DNA of 64,000 bases from Dictyostelium discoideum (GCA_000004695.1 CM000152.2:1376001-1440000); one strand, 5' to 3'; counted from the first letter of the stretch, positions 26,801-43,533 are shown. Numbers and translations are program-made. Notes: a model not told the origin generated them from the sequence alone.

Positions 26801-28312
26801 AAAGGTAGTGATAGTGGTTATATAATTTCAATTTATGGTTTATTAAATAATGGTGGATCTTATAAAGGTTATTCTTCAGATGAACTAAATAGTTTAAATT
26901 TACCTTGGTATATTGATGTAATGAATTCAATTAATAATAATCCAGTACCCATAATTACCAATACTAGCTCAATCACTATTTATGGTGGTGATTTATGGGT
27001 ATTTGGTTTTGGATTTAATAACAGTCAAACGATTACAGTTGAAATCAATTCAAAACAAATTACAATACCAACAAATTCAATTACTTGTTATAACACTGCA
27101 TTATTAATTTCAAATTTACGACCAACAAATAATTCATTCACCATTAAAGTTGAAAATTCAAATACTTGGGTAGTTTTTCCAATTAATTATAATTTACCAC
27201 CTATAGTTGAAATTACTTCCTCTTCAGAATCTACTTCTTCTTCCTCCTCCTCCTCCTCTTCGGGTTCTGAAATCGAAGATCAATGTTCCATATTAAATTG
27301 TGGTAATAGTAGTCAAGGTTATTGTAATGTTTATTCATGTATTTGTTATAACCCATGGTCTGGAAAAGATTGCACTCAAAAACAAATTGTTATTTCACCT
27401 CCAACTATAAATACTACAGATCCAACATCTAATATTCCAACTTTAGATAATAATAATATTTTATATAATTCATTAATTTCTATTGTATCACTTAGAGAAT
27501 TGGATTTCAATGGAAAGAGTATTAAATCATTTACATTTGATAATAAATGGTTATTAACAGAATTAGGTAAAAACAAGAATCAATACTATACAAATATTAC
27601 AACATCCTCACTGTCAACTCCAAATTTAATGGTTACAACCAATATTACAGTAACATTGGAATGGTTTACTGAATTAACCAGTGTTATTTTTGCTAAAAAA
27701 AATCTAACAATGAATCCATTTTCTGTTAAATATACAATAGAAATTTCTAAATATGCATTTTCTGGCCAATTAAATCAACTTGAATTGGTAATGTCCGCTT
27801 TATTTGGATCTTCAAAAACTAAAGACGTTTGTGCATCTCAAGAATTTATAAGCGAAAATGAAAATGATTATTTAAAAATTCAAATTCAAGATCATTCTTT
27901 AAATGGTAGATTTATTAAACGTGCATATATTGATTCAAAAGTAGCAACTGTTTCAAATGTACTTTTAGATTCTTCTATGAATAAAATTGAACAATCCAAT
28001 GAAATATCACCAAACCAAGTTCAATCTTTTGTTGGAATTATAATACCAATTTACAGTTTTAAAGCATTGATCGACCCTGATTTTAGCGTTTTATTAGATA
28101 GTAATGAAAATACAAATGAAAATAATTCAAATTCTGTTTGTACTAGTGGTTCATCTGGTTTATCAAATTCTCAATTAGCTGGTATAGTTATTGGATCCTT
28201 TGGTTTTGCATCTGTTATTGCAATTTCAATTGCTTACTATTTTTATAAAAAGAGAAAAAATCAAAATTTCATTAAAAATGTTCAAACTAAATTAAAACCA
28301 ATGAACCAATAA
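23877..28312 (+). CDS. Large secreted / type I membrane glycoprotein with an EGF-like module, 3 exons (23877..25248, 25355..25678, 25770..28312)
   Basis: N-terminal signal peptide MKIINLIILFFIFFINLINC. A GTAAAT donor sits after 25248 and an AG at 25353-25354. A GTAGGT donor sits after 25678 and an AG at 25768-25769. All three track ORFs (23877.., 25546.., 25916..) are in phase after splicing. There are many N-glycosylation sequons, an EGF-like Cys cluster CSILNCGNSSQGYCNVYSCICYNPWSGKDC, and a C-terminal TM helix AGIVIGSFGFASVIAISIAYYFY plus a basic tail. Confidence 0.7.
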
Positions 28313-28419
28313 TAATAATAATAATTTGGTGAATAAAAATGGTTTTTATCGATAATAATTAAATAAATAAAAGCACACACACATGAATTTTTTATAAGGA
28401 TAAATAAAATTTTATTATA

Positions 28420-31320
<2,901 letters not shown>

Positions 31321-31660
31321 TTTGTTTTTATGAGTTTTGTTTTTTATAAAAATAAAAAAAAAAAAAAGTAAAAAAATAAGAAAATAAAAATTTCATTTTC
31401 AAAAAATTTAATAAAAAAAAAAATATTATTATTTTTTGTTAAATAAATAAAATAAATTTATTTATTTATTTTTTTATTTTTTATATTTTTATTTATATTA
31501 ATTTTTGTCCAATTTAATTTATAAATATTAAACTATATAAAATTAAAAAAAAATGAAACATTTGATATAATAATGATTTTCATCTCCATTCTTGTTTTTT
31601 AATTTAATTTTTCACTTATGGAATTGATGATTTCTCAAATTAAAAAAAAAAAAAAAGGAA

Positions 31661-31692
<32 letters not shown>

Positions 31693-31771
31693 TTTTATTA
31701 AATTAAAAATTTGTGTGATTTTCACATGGTTTAAATTATCCTTCAACAAAATAAATAAAATAAAATAAATA

Positions 31772-34150
31772 ATGATAAAAATAATATTATTAATTTTATT
31801 AATAACAATAATAAAATTAATTAATTGTATAGAAGTTGAAGGAAATTCAAATGATAAACAACTATTATTATTAGATAATAAATACCGAGAGAAGGAACCA
31901 ATTGGATTAGAGAATATATTATTTGCAAATAATGAAGATGTAATTAATAGAGGATTGGGTAAATTAAAAGATCAGGGTATTATTTGCAAGGGTGGTAATA
32001 AAGTTGAATTAGATATCGTTTGGGAATCACAATTAGCAAGTACGATTTCAAATACACCTTTAATAGTTGATTTATTCGGTACAGGTGATAAACAAATTAT
32101 TTACACCAATTCTCATACGTACATCGACGTTATCAATGGTATCGATGGTGATAGATTAATTAATGGTGGTGGTGGATGGCCATACATTTTACCATACTCA
32201 TCATTTTCAACAAGTCCATTAGTTTATGATATTGATGGTAATGGTGATTTAGATATAATGGTGGCAACAACAGATGCAGAGATATTATTCATAGATTCGA
32301 AGAAAGCAGTAGCGATTAAAGAGAAAACTCTTAAAGTACCACCATTAAAAGTTAAAAAGTTGTGGTATGATGGATTAGATGATAAACATGTTGATGCATC
32401 ATTTTCACTCTACAATAAAGATAATCAAAAATATCAAATTCAAAAACAAATTAAAGATAATCAAGAATTTGAAGAAATTCAAAAAAAAGAATATCAAATT
32501 AATGGTGGTAATGATAATAGTAAATTTCAAATTTTAAAACAAATTAGTTTAGATATTGAAAATGATCCACTTTATTCGGTATTATATGATAAATATTTAC
32601 AAGATAATAAGTGGTTTTCAAGAAAGACAAGTGAATATATTTGGGTTGATAGTCATATTCTATCTACACCAGTGATTGCAGATATTGATGGTGATGGTAT
32701 TAATGAATTGGTGGTGTCAGTATCTTATTATTATGACCCTGAGAAATATGAGAATCCACATTATAAGAGTCAATTAGATGATGGTGTACAAGTTGAAAAT
32801 TATGTGGCAGGTGGTATATCAGTATTTAATTTAGCAACTGGTGAAATTAAATGGCAAACTCATTTAGATTTAACCACTGATAAAACTGATTTCAAAGGAT
32901 TAGTATATGGTTCACCAACAGTTGTAGATTTAAATAATGATGGTAAATTAGAGATTATCATTGGTACTGCATTGGGATTCCTCTACGTTTTAGATTACCA
33001 AGGTGTACCATTAACTGGAAATTATCCATTAGTATTGGAATCAATATTCACTCAAATCGTAACTGAAGATTTAGATTCTGATGGTAGATTAGAGTTAATA
33101 GTAATCGATACTAAAGGAAATGTAGTTTGTTTCAATTCAGACGGTGATGAAATTTGGAGTCAACAAGTCACCGGTAAAACCGAATTCCCACCTTCAATTG
33201 GTGATTTAGATGGTGATGGTATATTGGATGTAGTTATGTCAACCTTTACAACTGGTATTTTCGCATGGAATGGTAAAACTGGTAAACCTTTACAAGGTTA
33301 TCCATTAAAATTCGAACCTTCAATCATCTCACCTTTACTATTATTAGAAACCAATGATAATAATGGTGGTTTAACAATATTCGTTCATGCAAATGATGGC
33401 ATATTATATTCAATCAATGATAATGGTAAATGTATTGGTAGGTTGGATATTGGTGATTTTTCAATTACTAAAATCTTAACAAATGATTTAACAGCAGATG
33501 GTAATTTAAATTTACTTTTATCAACGTTTGATCAAAAAGTTTATTGTTTATCAATAACCAGTGGTGGTGGTAATGTTAAATTTAATCCATTAAAAGTTGA
33601 AAATTCTTATAACATAAATGGTAATAAATTTTCAAGTTATTCAAAATCAACACCAATGGGAGTATTAATTACTCAACCAACAACAACAACAACCAGTGGT
33701 AGTGGTGGTATTGATTTACATTATAATTTTCAATATTCAAGAAATAGTATTGATATTTCTGGATCAGATTTTAATTTAGAAATTTTAATATTAGATCAAA
33801 AGAATATAAGTTTATCAACAATTGAAATTAAAAAAAAGTATACAATTTCAGTTTATTTTGGTGAAATTAGATTAAAGAAAGAGATTTATTATTCAACAGG
33901 TTTAAAACAATTATTAATTACAATACCACCATCAGTTAGTAGAAGTGATGTTAAATTGTTAATTGTAAAACTAGAGAATATCAATTCACAAATTTATCAA
34001 GATTCAATTCCAATATCTTTTAATTTTTATTTTTATAGATTTTTAAAATTCCTTATAATTTTACCAATTTTAATATCAACAATTTTATTATTAATTTATC
34101 AATCAAATAATTCAAAATCAAAAAATATTAAAAAAAATAGTTTATTATAA
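31772..34150 (+). CDS. FG-GAP / beta-propeller repeat membrane protein (DEX1-like)
   Basis: Signal peptide MIKIILLILLITIIKLINC. Repeated DxDGDG calcium-binding FG-GAP-like motifs (DIDGNGDLDIMV, DIDGDGINELVV, DLNNDGKLEIIIG, DLDSDGRLELIVID, DLDGDGILDVVMS). C-terminal TM helix FLIILPILISTILLLIY. 792 aa, single exon. Confidence 0.75.
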   Translation: MIKIILLILLITIIKLINCIEVEGNSNDKQLLLLDNKYREKEPIGLENILFANNEDVINRGLGKLKDQGIICKGGNKVELDIVWESQLASTISNTPLIVDLFGTGDKQIIYTNSHTYIDVINGIDGDRLINGGGGWPYILPYSSFSTSPLVYDIDGNGDLDIMVATTDAEILFIDSKKAVAIKEKTLKVPPLKVKKLWYDGLDDKHVDASFSLYNKDNQKYQIQKQIKDNQEFEEIQKKEYQINGGNDNSKFQILKQISLDIENDPLYSVLYDKYLQDNKWFSRKTSEYIWVDSHILSTPVIADIDGDGINELVVSVSYYYDPEKYENPHYKSQLDDGVQVENYVAGGISVFNLATGEIKWQTHLDLTTDKTDFKGLVYGSPTVVDLNNDGKLEIIIGTALGFLYVLDYQGVPLTGNYPLVLESIFTQIVTEDLDSDGRLELIVIDTKGNVVCFNSDGDEIWSQQVTGKTEFPPSIGDLDGDGILDVVMSTFTTGIFAWNGKTGKPLQGYPLKFEPSIISPLLLLETNDNNGGLTIFVHANDGILYSINDNGKCIGRLDIGDFSITKILTNDLTADGNLNLLLSTFDQKVYCLSITSGGGNVKFNPLKVENSYNINGNKFSSYSKSTPMGVLITQPTTTTTSGSGGIDLHYNFQYSRNSIDISGSDFNLEILILDQKNISLSTIEIKKKYTISVYFGEIRLKKEIYYSTGLKQLLITIPPSVSRSDVKLLIVKLENINSQIYQDSIPISFNFYFYRFLKFLIILPILISTILLLIYQSNNSKSKNIKKNSLL

Positions 34151-34370
34151 TTAAAAAAAAAAATATAAAAATAAAAAAAAAAATAAAAAAAAATAATAAA
34201 AAATAAAAAATTTCGTTCGTTTTTTTCAAAAAACTGATGAAAGTTAAAGCACTACGGTAAAAATCTTTTTTTTTTTTTTTAATTTTATTTTTTTTTTTTT
34301 TCATTTTCGAGTTTTTTTTTTTTTTTTTTTTTTTTTAATTATTTCGAAAACAAATAATCAAAATAATAAA

Positions 34371-36462
34371 ATGATTAGAGGATTATATAAATCATTTTCA
34401 AAATCATCATCATCATTATCAATTTGTTCATTTACAAATGAAAAGAGTAAATCTTTTTTAAATGCTGTTGTATCTCAATCATCAAGTATGTAAAAAAAAA
34501 AAATAAAAAAAAAATAATTTAAATTTATTTATACTCAAAATATTAATAATTCAAAATAAAAAAAAAAAAATAAAAAAAAAAAAATAAATAATAGGAAACT
34601 ATTGTACAACTAATGGAGAAGAAAAACCAAAATTAAGACATGTTTTAAAAAAGTTTTATTTAATGATTCATCCAGATACATTAACTCAATATCCAAATGA
34701 AAAGGTAAATAATTATTTATATTTATATTTTTTATTATTATTATTATTAATAATATTTAAAATTTTTTTTTTTTATTTTTTTTTTAGCATGTTAATTCAA
34801 ATAGTATGAAAGCACTTATGTCAATTGTTGATGAATATAAAAAAAGACCAACACCAGATTCACAAACAAAAAGAAATGTTCAAAAATTAACTTTTTATGT
34901 ACCAGAAGATAAAATATCAGGTGAAGAAGCACCAACATCAATTGGTGATCGTAAATTTAAAATTATTGAATCAGAATTTTGTCAATATTCAAATAATCCA
35001 AATCATATTCCAAATCAAATTAGATTATTATTTGAACAATGTAAATTACCAACTAATTTCCTTACAGAGATTGATAATGTTGATAATGTAATTCAACCAA
35101 CAATCGATGGATCATTACAAAATTTCATTTTAGATAATAAACATTACATTAAAAAAAAATTACAAATTTCAGAGAAACATAAATCTGAACTAGACGCATT
35201 GGTACGTAAAATCAAGAGAGATTTAAGAGTGGGTGTTACAATTGAAACCAATCCAGTTGACTCATCATTCACATTCCAAGAGAATTATCATGCATTATTA
35301 CACTTTCAAAATGTTGTTAAAGAGTGGAAAGACAAAGTGGCAGCTGACGCCAAAGACGGCTCAGAAATTGTAACAAGTGGTCAATTTAAATTTAATCTTA
35401 ATTACAATGACATCAATTTCACAGTACCAGAATTATGCTGTTATTTAGATCGTTCTTCACCAGATACTTGGGCTGAATATTTAAATAAATTAAATCTTTC
35501 ACTTATTAAAGAGGAGAATTTAGAATTTAGAAAATCTGAAGAAGCTAAATTTAAAATAATGAAAAAAGAATCTGAAGAAGCTAGATCCAATTTCACAATA
35601 CTTGAAAAATTATTAAAATGTCGTTCTTTCCAATTGGCTGAACATGATGATCCATCTGAAGATCCAAATCTTTATTTAGATACAAGTAAACAAATCACTC
35701 AATCATTAGCTTTCACTTCAATGTTAATCAAAAATAAATCCAAATTAGAAAATTTAATGAAAACAAGGTAATTATTTAAATAATTATTAGAAATTAATAA
35801 TTAAATATTTTCTAATTTTTTATTATATCATCATCACAATTATTATTAGATTAAAAAAAGTTAAATTTGGTAATATTGCAATTGTAGCAAATTTACATAA
35901 AAGTAAATTTTGGGTAGATATTGATGGTAATTTAAAGATTAATCCAAATGTTACATTTGAAGAATTTTGTGATATTTTAGAAAGTCAACATAAGATTGCA
36001 AATGAAAAAGATATATTATCACATAAATATGAATCAATTAGAGATTATGCTCAAGTTAGAATGGGTTTAAAGACTTTAAATGTTTTATCCGTATTCACTT
36101 ACACTCATGATCATCAAAAAGTATTTGATGCATATCAAAAATTATATGATGCTGCCGATCGTCTTCGTGATCTCGATTTAAGTGGTTTCTCAATCATCAT
36201 AGCTGATCATTATAATATTACAAAATCTGGAAATTTGATAATAAAATATGATTTCAATACTGAAGATTTAATTAAACAATTATCAGCTGCAACAAAAGAT
36301 GTAAAAGAAGAAGAAGAAGAAGAACAACCAATTAATGAAATAAAACAACAACAACAACAACAACAACAAGAGGATATTAAAATTGATTTAACAAATATTT
36401 CAAATGTTTTAGAACAATATGAAAATCAAAGTAAATCAAATAATAATAATAAAACTTTATAA
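34371..36462 (+). CDS. TCAIM-like (DUF4460/DUF4461) protein with mitochondrial presequence-like N-terminus, 4 exons (34371..34485, 34595..34704, 34788..35767, 35850..36462)
   Basis: Exon 1 is MIRGLYKSFSKSSSSLS.. with a GTATGT donor. Exon 2 is (R)NYCTTNGEEKPKLRHVLKKFYLMIHPDTLTQYPNEK with a GTAAAT donor. Exon 3 opens HVNSNSMKALMSIVDEY... These reproduce the DUF4460 signature (L+HxLKxFYxxxHPDxxxQxP..EK.VNxNSxKxLxxY). A GTAATT donor at 35768 and an AG at 35848-35849 join in frame to ORF 36061..36462. Confidence 0.65.
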
Positions 36463-36505
36463 AATTAAAATTAAATAAAATTTTAAAAAAATAATTTATT
36501 TTTTT

Positions 36506-37289
36506 TTATAATACTCTAAATGGTTTTGCTGATTGTAACCAATTATCATTTTCATAAATTACACCATTATCACCTTCAATGAAATGAAGTGTATAAGCAT
36601 GACGTGAATTTGGTGATGTATTTGGTTCACTATAATGTACAACTGAGCCATCCAATAGAATGATATCACCTTTTTTACATTCCAATGCAACGAAATCAGA
36701 TTTATTATATTGTTTATCTTCTGCTAATTTAATGAATGAACAACCACTTTCACTATTTGGATCTGTAATGAATCTTCTTGTAATTCCCTCTGTATGTGAT
36801 CCTGGTAATCCACGAAGACATCCATTCTCTATTGTTGAATCTTCAAATGCAAACCAAATTGCATGTGTTGTTAATGGTGTTGTATGAAGGAATGTACTAT
36901 CTTGATGAATATCAACTTCACCACCAATCTTTTGATTCTTGAAAATATACATACTTTGAACTAAAATAATTTTTTTTTTTTTTTTTTTTTTAATTGACTG
37001 ATTAAATAATTGTAATTTTTGAGAAAAAAAAAAAAAAAAAAAAAACAATTATTAAATATACATACCACTTAATGCTTTATTATAAATTCCCAAAGAATAA
37101 ATTAAATCATGTATTTTTTGAGAGTATGAAAATTCTTCAAATTTTGGATTTAAGTCATGCAATGCATGTCCTACTTTATTAAATGCCATATCTTTTGGTA
37201 CTATTAATTTACCATCTTCTATTGATCCTTTCTCAAAGAAATATCTAATTTTATCACCACTACCTAAAAAATAATCATCCACTTTTCTC

Positions 37290-37366
<77 letters not shown>

Positions 37367-37599
37367 GAAAATAGTTAATTTTCATATGTTTTTATTTTTA
37401 ATATTTTAATTAAGTAATAAATACAAACTTCTTGTTCTGATGTTGTAAAAATTGAAATTGTTGATGGTGTGTCTAATTCATCAATTAATTTTTTCATTTC
37501 ACCTCTAACTATATCAATCTCCTCAGTGGTATTGAAATTTCTTATTATTAAAAATCCATCTTTTTTATATTGTGCAACTTGTTCTTCTGTTAACTTCAT
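36506..37599 (-). CDS. Phytanoyl-CoA dioxygenase domain protein (PHYHD1-like), 3 exons (37599..37429, 37288..37066, 36960..36506)
   Basis: Exon 1 is MKLTEEQVAQYKKDGFLIIRNF... Exon 2 is RKVDDYFLGSGDKIRYFFEKG...KVGHALHDLNPKFEEF... Exon 3 is VQSMYIFKNQKIGGEVDIHQDSTFLHTTP..GCLRGLPGSHT..AYTLHFIE... These are collinear with PHYHD1, including the His-x-Asp...His iron ligands. Donors are GTTTGT and GTATGT, both with AG acceptors. An (ATT)n tract lies in intron 1. Confidence 0.85.
37292..37366. repeat. (ATT)n microsatellite inside intron 1 of the PHYHD1-like gene
   Basis: attattatt run, read directly. Confidence 0.9.
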
Positions 37600-38867
37600 T
37601 TATTAATTCTATTTAGACTAAAACTTTTTTTTTTTTAATGAAAAAAAAAAAAAAAAAAAAGATTAAAAAAAAAGTTTTTTTATTTTTTATTTTTTTTTTA
37701 ATTTTATTTTTTAATATATTATAACCCCACCCTTTTTATTTTTCATAATAATTTTTATTTTAAAAAATCCTTTTTAAATTGATTTAGTTTTTTTATTTTT
37801 AAAATATGGATTTTGTAAATATAGAACACTCAAAAACAATCAAATCACTATTTTTTTTTTTTTTTTATTATAAAATATATTCCCTCCTGTTTTTCCAAAA
37901 AAAAAAAAAAAATATTGATTTTATAGGTTTCATTTAAATCAAAAATAAAATAAAAAAAATAATTAAAAAAGGAAAAACATTTTGTTTATATTTTTTTATT
38001 ATTTTTTTTATATTTTTTTCCATATTTGTGGGGTTGGGGTTCATTGATTTTTAAAAATTATTCATTTATTAATGTGTTTACCTAATAATTATTTTATTTT
38101 ATTTTATTTTTTTTTATTATTTTTTTTTTTTTTTTTTTTTTTTTTAATAACAGATAAACAGATTTTTTTAAAATAATATTTTTAACCATACCACACTCAC
38201 ACTAAAAAAATTTACATATTTATATATATACATAAATTTATTATATATAAATATTTTAAATAAAAACACAAGGTAATAATTATTCTTTATTTGTCATTTT
38301 TTTTTTACTATTACTATTATTTTGTTTAAATAAAATATCAATAAATTTATCATTTATTTCAGTTCTATACCACTACTATTACCATGTGGTATTTATAGCA
38401 TAATTAATCAATAATTTTTTAACTTTTTATTTTATTGATCAACTATTTTTTAATACTAACTTTATTTATTTTATTTTATTTTATTATTTTAAAATGGATT
38501 ATTTTGGGGTTATTGTTTTTAATATAGCGAACCAAATAAAGGTATAGATATCATCATGTTAAAATAGTGAACCATCCACACAAATAAATACACATTTTTA
38601 TAGGTTTTTGTAATAATTTTTATATTATTTATTTTATTTTTTTTTATTTTTATTTTTTTTTTTTTTTCAAAATTTTATTTATTTGTTTTTATTATTTTTT
38701 ATTTTATCATTTTAAATAAAAAACCAAAGTTACTTGTAATATAACCAAATTTTCATACATAAACAAAAAATAAAAAAATAAAATAAATTAAAATAAAATA
38801 AAAAAGTCTAATATTTACACTTTTATTTTTTTAGTTTTAAAAAAAAAAAAAATAAAAATATAAAAAA

Positions 38868-39206
38868 ATGGCAACTCTTCAACTTCCACAACATTTTCAA
38901 ACTACAATAAATAATAATAATGCAAATAATATAAACATTTCAAAAAGTTTACCACAATCACCAATTACAACTACAAGAAATCAATATTATTTTTACTCGA
39001 AATCACAACATAACTCACCATGTATATTATCACAAATCCAACAAGCTAGAGAATTATTAAATACACTTGAACAACAATATAAAAATAAAAATAAATGTAC
39101 AATTGAATATGATAGTAGTAGTTTAAATAGTTTAAAAGATGTTCAAAATAGTATTATAGAATTAAATAAAAATTTAAATAGTACCGAAAATAATAATAAT
39201 AATAAT

Positions 39207-39294
<88 letters not shown>

Positions 39295-40175
39295 TTAAGA
39301 ATAATAATAATAATATTAATATATACAATAGTAATTATAGTAACAATATAAATAGTATCACCAACCACCCAACTGTAAATAATTTAAAAAGTAACGAATT
39401 ACAAAATAATAATCCTTTTAACAATGTATCACCATTGATAATTAGTGAGGGAAATCCTATAATTTTAGCAAATAATTATAATTATAATAATAATAACAAC
39501 AATAGTAAAGATTATATCAATAATAACGAACATGTAATTGAAATGAATACTATTTTATCGAATAATAATAATAATAATAATAATAACACAAATAATAATA
39601 ATAATAATAATAGTAACAATTTGAGAAATGATGATTTTAGTGATTTAGTTGATATTGATGTGAGCGAGAATCAACCACAAACACAACAACAGCAACAGCA
39701 ACAACAACAACTAGAAGAAGGAGAAGAAGAAATTACAGAAGCACAAAGAATTAGAGAAGAAAGAATTCAAGAGATTAGAATTAGAATTCAAAATGAAACT
39801 TTATTAAAGAATTTTACAAGATGGAATATTGTTTATGGTTTATTTGGTTTATTAACTGTGGTATCTACAGTTTGTATGTTTATATTAGGTTTTGTAAATA
39901 CAAAAGATAATATAATTTACGCTGGAATTGGTCTTAGTACATTGGGTTTCATTGTAATCAATCATTCAATTCATATAGCCTATAGAAAATCTAGAAGAAA
40001 TATTGAAAACTTTCAAGAGGAATTCATTAGAATTCATGAACAAAATATAAATGACTCTGATTTTGATCCAACTTCAATTCCTTCAAAATTAGAAAAATTA
40101 ACTATTGGTATCTTGTCTTCCCCAAATTTCAATCAAATCACCCCAATATTATCCCCAATTAATTCTAAATTATTA

Positions 40176-40233
<58 letters not shown>

Positions 40234-40355
40234 GCAATCAAAACAGTAATAATAATAATCAAAATAATAATAATAATAATAATAATCAAAATGATATTGA
40301 TAATAATAATAATAATAATAATAATGATAATGGAGCCAATGTTACAACCCCTTAG
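38868..40355 (+). CDS. Hypothetical Asn-rich protein with two predicted TM helices
   Basis: 495-aa ORF. It has roughly 45-Asn, roughly 10-Asn and roughly 60-Asn tracts. The central non-repetitive core contains WNIVYGLFGLLTVVSTVCMFILGF and AGIGLSTLGFIVI hydrophobic segments. Confidence 0.55.
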
Positions 40356-41022
40356 AGTTTTTAGTTCATCACAACAAATAGATAACTATTTGTTATAATT
40401 ACCATGGTTATAATTAAAAAAAAATAAAAAAAAATAAAACCATTTGGATATTTGGAAAACTGGAAAATTAAGTTTTTTTTTTTTTTTTTTTTGATTCGGA
40501 AATGCAATTGTTAGTTGCTTCTCCTTTGGACCTTAATTTTTATACAGCCTTAAGATGCTGCTTTTTTTGTTGCTTTTTTGTTTTTGTTATTGCATGTGGG
40601 GAGAAGAAAACTGATTTTTTTTTTTTTTTTTTTTTTGGCCTTCAATATGTTCAATTTATTTTTTTTATTTTTTTATTCAGTTTAAATACATTTTAATACA
40701 AATAATTTAATAAAAAAAATAATAAAAAAAAACCAAATGTTATTTTTTAATATAAATATTATATTTTTTTGATTTTAAACACTAAAAAAAACAATAATAA
40801 TAAATAAATAAATAAATAACTGAAAATAAAAAAAGGTTAATTCAAAAAAATATTAATCTTGAATGATCTTCCAATTTTAAAAATTTCGACAACAGCAATA
40901 AAAAAAATAAAAAAAAATAAAAAAATAAAAATAAAAAAAAAATACCAAAAAACATCCTTTTTTTTATTATTTTTAAAATTTCATTTTTATTTACAACTAT
41001 TTCATTTTTTGTAAAACTTCAA

Positions 41023-41165
41023 ATGGATATTAATAACCTTTCAAAATTAAAAGTTCCAGAACTTAAAAAGGAATTGGAAAATAGAGGTTTCACTAAAACT
41101 GCTGGTTTATTAAAAGCGGATTTAATTGAAAAATTAAAATCTCTATTAGAGAATGAAAATAATTC

Positions 41166-41206
<41 letters not shown>

Positions 41207-41631
41207 CCACTACAACCAATGATAAACAACCAACTCAAAGTATTATAATAAATAATGAACCACAACAAGAACAAATTCAACAAAAACAAATAAATAAAGA
41301 TGAAGATGATAATGCTAATATACCACCTCCACCACCAACCAAAGAAGAATTACCACCTCCACCACCAAATAAAGCAGAATTACCACCACCTCCGCCACCA
41401 CCATCTATTAATAATAATAATAATAATATAGATATTAATCAAAAGTACAATAAAATGGATATTGATATTGAAAATAAAATAATTAAAGAAGAAGTTAAAG
41501 AAATATTTAAATCAAAAGAAAGAGAAGATGAAGAAAAAGATAAAGAAAAAAAAGTTTTAAATATTTTAACTGAAAATAAAAATAATGAACAAATTATTAT
41601 TAAACCAAAAGAAGATATAATTTTAACTTCA

Positions 41632-41717
<86 letters not shown>

Positions 41718-43179
41718 TAGCAATAATAATGGTGAAGAAAAAAAAAGAAAAATTAATGATGACGAAAATGATGATGATGATGATGATTTTGATATTGCAA
41801 CATATAAATTAAAAAAAAAACAAATTAAAACTAGAAAAGATTGTCCATATTTAGATACAGTTAATAGGGATGTATTAGATTTTGATTTTGAAAAAGTTTG
41901 TTCAGTATCATTTCATAATCATAATGTTTATGCATGTTTAGTTTGTGGTAAATATTTTCAAGGTAAAAGTCAAGATTCACATGCAAATTATCATTGTCTT
42001 CAAATGGATCATCATGTTTTTATAAATTTAAAAACTCAACAAATCTATTGTTTACCAGATGATTATGAAGTTATAGATTCATCATTGGATGATATTAAAT
42101 ATTTATTAAATCCAACATTTACAAATGACCAAATTAAAGAATTAGATAGAAATAGTAAACTTTCAAGAGCATTAGATGATTCAAAATATTTACCAGGTAT
42201 AGTTGGTTTAAATAATATTAAAAATACTGCATATGTAAATGTAATAATTCAATCGTTGGCTAGAATACCAACAATTCGTAATTTCCTTTTAAATGTTGAC
42301 AATATTAAAACAAATAAATCACCATTAGTCCTAACATTATCTGAATTGTTAAGAAAAATTTGGAATCCAAAGAATTTCAAAGCTCAAGTTTCACCTCATG
42401 AATTACTTCAAGCAATTCAAAATTCAAGTCAAAAAAGATTCAATATTCGCGAAAGTTCTGATCCTTTAGATTTTTTACCTTGGTTTTTAAATACACTTCA
42501 TAAAGATTTAGGTGGTACAAAACAACCAAATTCAAGTATAATCTATAAAGCATTTAGTGGTGAAATTCAAATTACAACTGATAAACCAATTCCAAAATCA
42601 GTTGATGATGATAGTAGTGATTATGATAATGATGATGGTGAAAATAAAAAATTAAAAACCAAATATTCAAATTCAACTTCAAAACAACCATTTTTATTTT
42701 TAACATTAGATTTACCACCAAAACCAATATTTAAAGATGATCAAGATAAAAGTATTATACCTCAAATTCCATTATTTAATTTACTTTCAAAATATGATGG
42801 TACAACTGAAACTATTTTACCAAATGGTGAAATTAAAAAATATAAAATCCTCTCACTTCCAAATTATTTAATTCTATGTGTTAAAAGATTCTCTAAAAAT
42901 AATTTCTTTATTGAAAAGGAACCTACAATCGTAAATTTTCCAATTAAAAATTTAGACTTAAATGATTATTTACCACCTGGCTCTCCAAAATCAAAATTCA
43001 ATCTATTAGCTACCATTAAACATGAAGGTGACCCAAATAGTGGTAATTTCTCAGTTTATATCAATCATAAAGGTAATGATAAATGGTTTGAAATGCATGA
43101 TTTATCAATTAAAGAAACAATGCCACAATTAATTGCAGTTTCTGAGTGTTTCTTTTTAATTTATGAAAAAATTAATTAA
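41023..43179 (+). CDS. U4/U6.U5 tri-snRNP protein USP39/Sad1-like (SAP domain + ZnF-UBP + catalytically inactive USP fold)
   Basis: The N-terminal KLKVPELKKELENRGFTKTAGLLKADLIEKLK is a SAP motif. CPYLDTVNRDVLDFDFEKVCSVSFHNHNVYACLVCGKYFQGKSQDSHANYHCLQMDHHVFINL is a ZnF-UBP collinear with human USP39. The USP Cys box is GLNNIKNTAYVNVIIQSL, with Ala in place of the catalytic Cys. The C-terminal segment LPNYLILCVKRFSKNNFFIEKEPTIVNFPI is also conserved. Confidence 0.85.
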
Positions 43180-43442
43180 TTATAAAATAATAAAAAATAT
43201 AAAAAAAAAAAAAATAAAAATCAATTTCCAATCAATTTTAAAATTAATACATTCATTTATCTTTAAAAAATAAAAAATGATTATTATGGGGAAATTTGTT
43301 TGTGTTTTTGTTTTATTTTTATTTTTATTTTTTGGACTAATTATATTTGAAATATTAAAACTGATGAAAATAATAATTTTAATCACAATTTATACAAGAC
43401 AACATAATTTTTATTTTTTGTTTCAATAACCTTCAATGTCAT

Positions 43443-43499
<57 letters not shown>

Positions 43500-43533
43500 G
43501 TTTTAATAAAAACAAATGATCAAATAATATAAT

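Noticed and set aside
36506-37282. Apparent 1-nt inconsistency between hand-counted positions near 37045..37066 and the ORF-track coordinates
   Set aside because: This is most likely my own transcription slip in a long A-run. I followed the ORF-track frame. Hand-derived splice coordinates elsewhere may likewise be off by 1.
40480-40640. GC-richer island (gcaattgttagttgcttctcctttggacc...gcatgtggggagaag) suggestive of a small ncRNA
   Set aside because: It lies about 130 bp past the stop of gene 38868..40355, so it is most simply its 3' UTR. I could not recognise a conserved snRNA/snoRNA box structure.
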